From Thermoplasmatales archaeon I-plasma (GTDB lineage Archaea; Thermoplasmatota; Thermoplasmata; Thermoplasmatales; GCA-001856825): 64,000 nucleotides of DNA. The stretch's first letter is position 1; each line of letters starts with the position of its first letter. This document shows, one piece after another, positions 57,400-64,000 of this stretch. The stretch covers positions 91,796 to 155,795 of the forward strand of contig ATMD01000003.1 in NCBI GenBank assembly GCA_001856825.1. Reading direction: 5' to 3'. The notes beneath the pieces were generated by a model. It had not been told where the DNA came from. It made no database searches and saw only the letters and a program-made list of their open reading frames with translations. The position numbers were made by a program, and so were the translations under genes.

Positions 57400-59154
57400 A
57401 TGCACGTAGCAGTCATAGACCTGGATAAGTGTCACTTTAAAAATTGTCGGCAGGAATGCCAGTTCTACTGCCCTCCTGTAAGGAACGAGATCATGGCAGT
57501 GGACTTTATGGAGAATGGCTTTCCACAGATTCATGAGGAACTCTGCATTGGGTGCGGAATTTGCGCCCATAGATGCCCGTACGAAGCAATAAAAATCATA
57601 GGGGTTCCGGAAAGGCAGAACGGAAAGGAAGTCCACCGGTACGGTGCAAATGGCTTTGTCCTCTACGGACTACCCTCCCTTGAAATTAAAGGCGTAATTG
57701 GATTGCTGGGCCAGAATGGCACGGGGAAAACAACCATATTGAACATCTTAAATGGCTCGCTAATTCCCAATTTTGGGAAGCCAGAAAGCAAGAAGGAGAT
57801 CGTTCTTGAAAAGTACAAAGGTACCTACCTCGGAGAATTCCTGAGTGGCGTGTATTCAGGGAGGTTAAAAATCTCACTGAAGCCGCAGTATGTGGACTCG
57901 ATATCCAAGCATTTCTCTGGAAAGGTAAGTGAGCTCCTGAAGCAGTACGGTGAAAATGGGAGGCAAAAACTTGAAGAGATGGGAATTGGAGGGATATTTG
58001 ATAAAGACGTGAAGTACTTATCAGGGGGTGAACTTCAGCTACTTGCTATATCAGCTGCTTTACTTAAACAGGCAGACTTATACTTCTTCGATGAACCTTC
58101 ATCTTACCTTGACATATCTCAAAGGCTGAAGATTGCCAGAATGTTAAGGAAGCTTTCAGAGACAAAGAAGGTAGTGGTCGTAGAGCATGACCTCGCGGTC
58201 CTGGATTTCATGACTGACTATATCTACCTTACATATGGAGAAGCAAGGGGATACGGGATAGTTAGCAGCTCGTACGCCACTAGGCTTGCCATTAATACGT
58301 ACCTAGACGGATATATCAAACAGGAGAACATGAAGTTCAGGGATTATGAAATAAAGTTTTCGAGGAAACCACCAGAACTTGACAGGAGCCTTGTTCCGTT
58401 TGTCTCGTGGACCCATCTCACTAAGCAATTTGAAAACTTCCAGTTGAACACTGAGCAGGGAGAGCTCAGACACGGCCAGGTAGTCGGCGTAATAGGTCCT
58501 AACTCAACAGGCAAGTCGACATTTGTAAAGATGATTGCAGGAGAGATTTCACCTGACAGCGGAATTGTTGATAACCCTGTAAAGACATCTTTCAAGCCCC
58601 AGAGCCCGGAATCAGAATTCCAGATGCCAGTACTTGAATTCCTGGAAATGAGTCTTGGTGACAGGGTATCAGACAGTCAGTTCAAGAATGATATAATGAG
58701 ACCCCTAAATTTGGAAAGCATAGGAGATACCCAGGTTTCTGAACTCTCAGGTGGTGATCTGCAGAAGGTTTACATAGCAAAGACACTTGGAAAGGAGGCA
58801 GATGTATACATACTTGATGAGCCGTCTGCATATCTCGACGCTGACCAGAGAATGATCGTAGCGAGAATGATAAAAAGGTTCGCTGAAAACAACAAGAATG
58901 CAGTAATGGTGGTTGACCATGACATCTATTTCATAGACCTCATTTCTACATCCCTGATAGTATTCGCCGGGGAAGGAGGGAAACAGGGTAGGTCGTATGG
59001 GCCACTGAGCCTGAAAGATGGGATGAACCTCTTCCTCAAGAACCTTAACATAACTTTCAGGAGAGACGAAAATACCCAGAGACCAAGAATAAACAAGCCA
59101 GAATCAAGGCTAGATACAGAACAGAGGAAAATTGGTGAATATTACTACTACTGA
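57400..59154 (+). CDS. abce1: ABCE1/RLI ribosome-recycling ATPase
   Basis: N-terminal Fe-S motifs (CRQECQFYCP, CIGCGICAHRCP). Two ABC domains (GQNGTGKT/LSGGELQ and GPNSTGKS/LSGGDLQ). Confidence 0.95.
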   Translation: MHVAVIDLDKCHFKNCRQECQFYCPPVRNEIMAVDFMENGFPQIHEELCIGCGICAHRCPYEAIKIIGVPERQNGKEVHRYGANGFVLYGLPSLEIKGVIGLLGQNGTGKTTILNILNGSLIPNFGKPESKKEIVLEKYKGTYLGEFLSGVYSGRLKISLKPQYVDSISKHFSGKVSELLKQYGENGRQKLEEMGIGGIFDKDVKYLSGGELQLLAISAALLKQADLYFFDEPSSYLDISQRLKIARMLRKLSETKKVVVVEHDLAVLDFMTDYIYLTYGEARGYGIVSSSYATRLAINTYLDGYIKQENMKFRDYEIKFSRKPPELDRSLVPFVSWTHLTKQFENFQLNTEQGELRHGQVVGVIGPNSTGKSTFVKMIAGEISPDSGIVDNPVKTSFKPQSPESEFQMPVLEFLEMSLGDRVSDSQFKNDIMRPLNLESIGDTQVSELSGGDLQKVYIAKTLGKEADVYILDEPSAYLDADQRMIVARMIKRFAENNKNAVMVVDHDIYFIDLISTSLIVFAGEGGKQGRSYGPLSLKDGMNLFLKNLNITFRRDENTQRPRINKPESRLDTEQRKIGEYYYY

Positions 59155-59248
59155 CATCTTCGTTCCAGCTTTTTGAATAAGAAGAAAATAGTTGTTGCCA
59201 GAAAATAACGCTTATTAACAATTAAAGTTTAGCCCAATAGGTGATTAA

Positions 59249-60994
59249 TTGCCAAGAAAAGTAGCAGTAGTTGCTGGAGGCCTGAGTTATTTCTCAAAGG
59301 CCCGGCGGGACAAAACACAGGAGGAACTGGCCGCAGAGGCTGCAAGAATGGCCCTGTTTGATAACAACATAAACCTTTCGAAAGATGATATTGACGGGAC
59401 TATAGTTTCTTACTTCTCAGACCACTTCGAGAATCAGCTTCTGTTCGGTTCAATCATTCAAGACTACCTTGGATTCAATCCAAAACCTTCGGTAAGGATT
59501 GAGGGAGGAGGTGCAACTGGAGGTCTTGCCGTTCGAGATGCATATGCGCACGTAGCTAGTGGTCTCCTCGATGTAGCGATGGTCATAGGATTTGAAAAGA
59601 TGTCTGAAGTGAACACCGCGAAGGGGAACGAATTCATAGCCTTAGCATCGGATACTGACTGGGATTTCCCTATAGGTGGTTTCTATAGCGGTTATTATGC
59701 TCTTATGGCAAAGAGGCACATGGAGGAATTCGGGACGACAGAGGAACAGATGGCAATGGTAGCGGTAAAGAACAGGAACAACGCACAGCACAACAAGTTC
59801 GCACAGACAAACCCAAAGATGAACCCTTACGCAATGAAAGACGGAGGGAAGATAACAGTTGACGACGTCCTTAAGTCGCCTTACGTTGCTTTCCCTCTAA
59901 AAAGGCTCGACATATGCCTCATGAGTGATGGCGCAGCGGTGATGATACTCGCATCAGAGGAAAAGGCAAAGAAAATAACCGATACACCTATCTGGATCAC
60001 CGGCACTGGAGCGGGAACGGACGCCATGAGGGCGGGAGACAGGCCAAGGACACTTGCGGGAGTTCCCATGCTTCCTCATGAGAAAAAGGAGTGGTACAAG
60101 GGGCTTGAGTATCCCGGCGTCCACTCGTTCAGGGCAGGAAGAGAATCGGCCAGGCAAGCCTACAAGATGGCAGGAATAACAAATCCACTCAAGCAGCTGG
60201 ACCTGATAGAACTCCATGATGCGTATACGAGCAGCGAGATCCAGACTTATGAAGACCTTGGCCTTACAAAATACGGACAGGGAGGCAAGTTGATAGAAGA
60301 GGGGGTTACTGCACTCGATGGTGATCTCCCGGTAAATCCATCCGGAGGCCTGATTGGTGCCATGCATGCAGTAGGGGCCACTGGTGTGATGCAGGGAGTT
60401 GAAATGTTCTGGCAACTCCAGGGCGTTGCTGGGAAGTTCCACGGATCTGACAAGACACAGATAAAGGGTGCGGAAAGGGGACTGATACACTCCCATGCCG
60501 GAACCGGGAACCTATGTAACGGCTACTATAATGGAGAGGTGAAAGAGATGACGGAAGTTTATTCATTTGACCCGTTGATAATAAAGACGCCGTACGAAAT
60601 TACTTACAAGCATTCCTACGGCAAGACAACAAAATTTTTCACGTCGCTGTCTGACGGAAAACTCATGGCTACCAGATGTGACCACTGCAAGCAGACATTC
60701 CTTCCTCCGAGGTCTGATTGCCCGTACTGCCTGAGAGAAACAAAGTGGGTACAGATATCCGGGAAGGGAAGAATACATACCTTTACAACGCTCTATTTCT
60801 CTGGAGAGAAATTCCTAAAGGACCTTCCGTTTCAGCTTGTATACGTCGAGCTGGAGGGTGTTGACACCCTTTTCCTGACAAGACTGAAGACAAAGGATAT
60901 GAAGAGGGTCAAGGTTGGGATGAAAATTAAGATGAAGATCTCAAGGGAACCGGAATGGAGGTCTTCAGACATATGGGCAGAGCCTGACGAATAG
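59249..60994 (+). CDS. Archaeal SCP-x-type thiolase read through into a DUF35 (OB-fold/zinc-ribbon) module
   Basis: Thiolase body to about 60510 (GGGATGG, CLMSDGAAV, GLIHSHAGTG). The DUF35 part starts at ATG 60548 (CDHC...CPYC zinc ribbon plus OB fold). An alternative frame from about 60511 gives YVTATIMER-TGA (60540-60542), a typical thiolase end. Confidence 0.8.
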   Translation: MPRKVAVVAGGLSYFSKARRDKTQEELAAEAARMALFDNNINLSKDDIDGTIVSYFSDHFENQLLFGSIIQDYLGFNPKPSVRIEGGGATGGLAVRDAYAHVASGLLDVAMVIGFEKMSEVNTAKGNEFIALASDTDWDFPIGGFYSGYYALMAKRHMEEFGTTEEQMAMVAVKNRNNAQHNKFAQTNPKMNPYAMKDGGKITVDDVLKSPYVAFPLKRLDICLMSDGAAVMILASEEKAKKITDTPIWITGTGAGTDAMRAGDRPRTLAGVPMLPHEKKEWYKGLEYPGVHSFRAGRESARQAYKMAGITNPLKQLDLIELHDAYTSSEIQTYEDLGLTKYGQGGKLIEEGVTALDGDLPVNPSGGLIGAMHAVGATGVMQGVEMFWQLQGVAGKFHGSDKTQIKGAERGLIHSHAGTGNLCNGYYNGEVKEMTEVYSFDPLIIKTPYEITYKHSYGKTTKFFTSLSDGKLMATRCDHCKQTFLPPRSDCPYCLRETKWVQISGKGRIHTFTTLYFSGEKFLKDLPFQLVYVELEGVDTLFLTRLKTKDMKRVKVGMKIKMKISREPEWRSSDIWAEPDE

Positions 60995-61008
60995 CTAAAA
61001 CACTTTCT

Positions 61009-61022
61009 TTTTTTATTTTTTC
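61009..61022 (+). terminator. Oligo-T run in the convergent gap after thiolase/DUF35
   Basis: CTTTTTTTATTTTTTC lies 15 nt after the stop at 60994. Archaeal termination typically uses T tracts. Confidence 0.4.
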
Positions 61023-61107
61023 TTCTATCCTGTGAATTCAAGTCTGTCGAATGGCCGAGAAGCTGCCTTGATCCAAAATCTTTAATTGCCTCTACCGTCA
61101 CATCCTT

Positions 61108-61944
61108 TCAGTACTTGTAGAAACCTTCGCCGGTCTTTCTTCCTAGCTTTCCTGCCTCTACCATCTTCCTCAAAATTGGTGCTGCCCTGAATTTCGGGTC
61201 CTTGAAGGAATCGTACATCACGTCCATAATGTTAACTACAGTGTCAAGGCCTATGAGGTCTCCCAACGTTAGCGGTCCCATCGGGAAATTGCCACCTAAC
61301 TTTAGGGCCTTGTCAATGTCCTCCTTTGAAGCGAGACCCTCAGCATATTCGAACGCACCCTCATTTACTAGCAGCGCTATCACCCTTGTAGTGACAAACC
61401 CAGGGGAGTCGTTTACGACAACATACTCCTTCCCGACGCTCTTGGAGAATTCTATTGCCTTTTCTAGTGCTTCATTCGACGTCTTGACACCTTTAATCAG
61501 TTCTATAAGGTTCATCAATGCAACCGGATTAAAGAAGTGAATTCCAAGGAACCTCGTTGGGTCCTTGAGGCTGGAAGCAAGGGATGTTATGCTTATGGAA
61601 GAGGTATTTGACGCAAGAATTGCATCCTTTGACACTATGGGTTCCAGTTTCTTGAAGAACGCAACCTTCTCCTTCAAATTTTCCACTACAGCTTCTATCA
61701 CAATGTTGCAGTCAGAGAATGCCTTGAGGTCTTCAGAATAAGTGATCCTAGACAGTATCTTTTCCTTGCTCTGGTTTACCACCTTCTTTTCTATGAGCTT
61801 GTCCAGACTTTTGTTCATTGATAGAACTGCCCTGTCATAGAATTCCTTGCTCACATCAGTCACTACTACATTATGCCCAGCAGTAGCTGAAAGCTGGGCA
61901 ATGCCTGAACCCATTATTCCTACACCAATCACACCTATTTTCAT
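61108..61944 (-). CDS. hbd: 3-hydroxyacyl/3-hydroxybutyryl-CoA dehydrogenase
   Basis: MKIGVIGVGIMGSGIAQ (Rossmann), SNTSS, HFFNP and GFVTTR. Confidence 0.9.
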   Translation of the reverse strand: MKIGVIGVGIMGSGIAQLSATAGHNVVVTDVSKEFYDRAVLSMNKSLDKLIEKKVVNQSKEKILSRITYSEDLKAFSDCNIVIEAVVENLKEKVAFFKKLEPIVSKDAILASNTSSISITSLASSLKDPTRFLGIHFFNPVALMNLIELIKGVKTSNEALEKAIEFSKSVGKEYVVVNDSPGFVTTRVIALLVNEGAFEYAEGLASKEDIDKALKLGGNFPMGPLTLGDLIGLDTVVNIMDVMYDSFKDPKFRAAPILRKMVEAGKLGRKTGEGFYKY

Positions 61945-63105
61945 CTATATCGCCTCAATCGCCATGGAATAAGCTCCCCCACCACCGTGGCAGATGGTGG
62001 CGATTCCTCTTCCAAGCCTCAGATCCTCGAGTTCCCTTAGAAGGGTTACTACTATCCTTGCTCCAGATGCACCAAGAGGGTGACCAAGCGCTATCGCACC
62101 TCCTCTGATATTGAACTTTTTCCAATCTATGCCTAGACCATCCCTTACGGCTATAGATGCAACGGAAAAAGCCTCATTATGTTCAACCAGGTCAAAGTCA
62201 CCTATCTTCATCCCTATTCTCTTAAGGAGATTCTTTACAGATGGGACAGGAGAAAAGGGGAAGTCGTAAGGGTCCATTGATGTGGTGTCAAACCCGATGA
62301 TCTTGGCTCTCTTCTCCAATGAATTTTGGTTTATGAAATCCTCATTAGCCAGTACCAGGGCGGCAGCTCCGTCAGTTATCTGCGATGAGTTGCCGGCTGT
62401 CAGAATGCCATCTGGGGTGAATGCAGGTTTCAGTCCAGCGAGCATCTCCTTGTTCGTCTCCCTTATTCCTTCATCTAGGTCAAACCCTTTGATAGGTGCA
62501 ATTTCCTTCTTGAAGTAACCGTTCTTGGTTGCATCTGATGCTCTTTTGAAACTTTCAAGTGCATACTCGTCAGCCATCTCTCTCGTTATGCCGTGATCCT
62601 TGCCCCATTCATCAGAAATGGCACCCATGTGCTTGTTATACTTGAAGTCCCATAGGCCGTCCTTTATCATTGCATCCATTACGGGTCTTGAAGCGCTTAA
62701 CCCCTTATTTTCCCTCCTGAAGCTTGAATCTAGTATGAATGGAGCATTACTCATGCTTTCCATACCTCCTACGACCATAACATCCCTCTGTCCTGCCTTA
62801 ATCTGGTAGAATGCATTTGCAATAGCCAGCATTCCAGATGCACACACCATGTTGACAGTGGAGCCAGATACTTCGACGGGAATGCCTGCAGCTATTGCTG
62901 CCTGGCGGGCTGGATCCTGTCCAAGTCCCGCCTCTATTACATTGCCCATTACAACTTCCTGTACCTGGGATGGCAGGATTCCAGCATTCTGTACAGCTGC
63001 CTTGATTGCAACAGTTCCAAGCTCTATTGCGCTGTACGGTGAAAGTGACTTCCCATATTTCCCGAGTGGTGTTCTCATTGCACCGATTATAAAAACGTCC
63101 ACCAT
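61945..63105 (-). CDS. Acetyl-CoA C-acetyltransferase (bacterial-type thiolase II)
   Basis: MVDVFIIGAMRTP, NMVCASG, NEAFS, GGAIALGHPLGASGARI and CHGGGGA. The track ORF extends to 63174; the start at 63105 is preferred. It abuts hbd with no gap. Confidence 0.92.
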   Translation of the reverse strand: MVDVFIIGAMRTPLGKYGKSLSPYSAIELGTVAIKAAVQNAGILPSQVQEVVMGNVIEAGLGQDPARQAAIAAGIPVEVSGSTVNMVCASGMLAIANAFYQIKAGQRDVMVVGGMESMSNAPFILDSSFRRENKGLSASRPVMDAMIKDGLWDFKYNKHMGAISDEWGKDHGITREMADEYALESFKRASDATKNGYFKKEIAPIKGFDLDEGIRETNKEMLAGLKPAFTPDGILTAGNSSQITDGAAALVLANEDFINQNSLEKRAKIIGFDTTSMDPYDFPFSPVPSVKNLLKRIGMKIGDFDLVEHNEAFSVASIAVRDGLGIDWKKFNIRGGAIALGHPLGASGARIVVTLLRELEDLRLGRGIATICHGGGGAYSMAIEAI

Positions 63106-63464
63106 TTTAAGTCCCTCTGTTCGAACCAGTGAATAAGACAACCAAGAAATTTCCAATATTCTTTGATATCTCAATTTTGTTTCTCAACTGGATCAGTTCC
63201 AGATTTTCTACTCAAATAAAAGCATTTAGAGGGAAGTTTGCTGATGACTTACAGATTAGGCAATGGGAAAGTAGAAAACGGTTCCATTCCATAGACCGTT
63301 GCTACACGTGTTTGATAGGCATAGAGCATAACTTACAGAAATAAGACAAGCTGTAAATGTGATTGTAAAACTTGCTTTTCCTTTCCCCTTTCAAAAGACC
63401 CCTTAGTAGGATGAAAAGGAAAGTAGATTGGCGATATTTATTAGTAGATATCGTATTTGTATGT

Positions 63465-64000
63465 GTGAGGTTCCTCGAGCTTGCAGAGATACTTGACAAA
63501 ATTGAAAGTACAACTAAAAGACTTGAGATGGTCGATCTGATATCAAGTCTTCTAAAGAGGGCGGAGGACGATATCAGGGAAACAGTCTTTCTTCTGCAGG
63601 GGAAAGTTGCACCCGATTATGAGGGAATCGAGTTGGGAATTGCTGAGAAGATCGCTATAAGGGCATTAGCTTCATTGAGTGGACTTAAAGAAGCTACTAT
63701 TGAGACGGAATTAGTAAAAAAAGGTGATTTGGGTAAGATTGGAGAAGAACTTCTACGGAACAAGAAACAGTCGTCGCTTCTTTCTGAAGAGCTTACTGTC
63801 AAGAAGGTTTATGGGTCCCTCCTTAAAATTTCCAAGTTAAGCGGTGGAGGTTCCCAGACTAGAAAGCTTCAGATACTGCTAGACCTGCTCCAAAATGCAG
63901 AACCGGTAGAGGTCAGGTACCTCATCAGGATCGTTACGGGAAAGATGCGAATTGGTGTTGCTGATATGACTATAGTTGATTCTATAGCAGTTGCATTCGG
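63465..64000 (+). CDS. lig: ATP-dependent DNA ligase, N-terminal DNA-binding domain (3'-truncated by window edge)
   Basis: My translation: (M)RFLELAEILDKIESTTKRLEMVDLISSLL...FLLQGKVAPDYEGIELGI...VRYLIRIVTGKMRIGVADMTIVDSIAVAF. A GTG at 63465 or an ATG at 63411 could be the start. Confidence 0.8.
   Translation, partial: MRFLELAEILDKIESTTKRLEMVDLISSLLKRAEDDIRETVFLLQGKVAPDYEGIELGIAEKIAIRALASLSGLKEATIETELVKKGDLGKIGEELLRNKKQSSLLSEELTVKKVYGSLLKISKLSGGGSQTRKLQILLDLLQNAEPVEVRYLIRIVTGKMRIGVADMTIVDSIAVAF

Noticed and set aside
63302-63802. Minus-strand ORFs 63302-63499 and 63617-63802
   Set aside because: The first lies in the divergent promoter gap and is low-complexity. The second is antisense to the clearly recognisable DNA ligase N-terminal domain.

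Overview
Densely coding archaeal chromosomal segment, about 40% GC by eye. Gene content suggests a Thermoplasmata-like euryarchaeon: an archaeal TPP riboswitch, a thermopsin-like protease, a tricorn-factor-type M1 aminopeptidase, a Kae1-Bud32 fusion, and MCM, ABCE1, Csl4, LSm and SepF. This lineage call is an inference; no database search was possible. Most of the window is housekeeping: guaB, H+-PPase, folP, mcm, amt, glmM, purA, gdhA, speE, ITPase, kae1-bud32, exosome Csl4 plus LSm, argF, sucCD, ABCE1, two thiolase modules, and the 5' end of DNA ligase. The one clear accessory region is a ~7.6-kb integrated element (8457-16054). It sits at the 3' end of an intron-containing tRNA-Tyr and is bounded by a perfect 13-bp direct repeat. 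It carries a tyrosine integrase, an AbrB-like regulator, two P-loop ATPases and several unknown ORFs. Other points worth a second look: (1) a TPP riboswitch in front of an ABC transporter operon; (2) a four-gene, overlap-coupled cassette built around a divergent family-B DNA polymerase; (3) an AT-rich orphan Dam-type methylase next to dcd; (4) a DtxR-type repressor with a palindromic operator over its own start; (5) three core genes (mcm, sucD, thiolase/DUF35) whose frames are each disturbed by one extra base in a short C run on the coding strand, plus a GNAT gene with an in-frame TGA. I did not recognise any CRISPR array, rRNA, IS element or known defence system. The candidates for something undescribed are the polymerase cassette, the element cargo, and several unknown ORFs (354, 316 and 138 aa). 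All product calls rest on motif recognition by eye.
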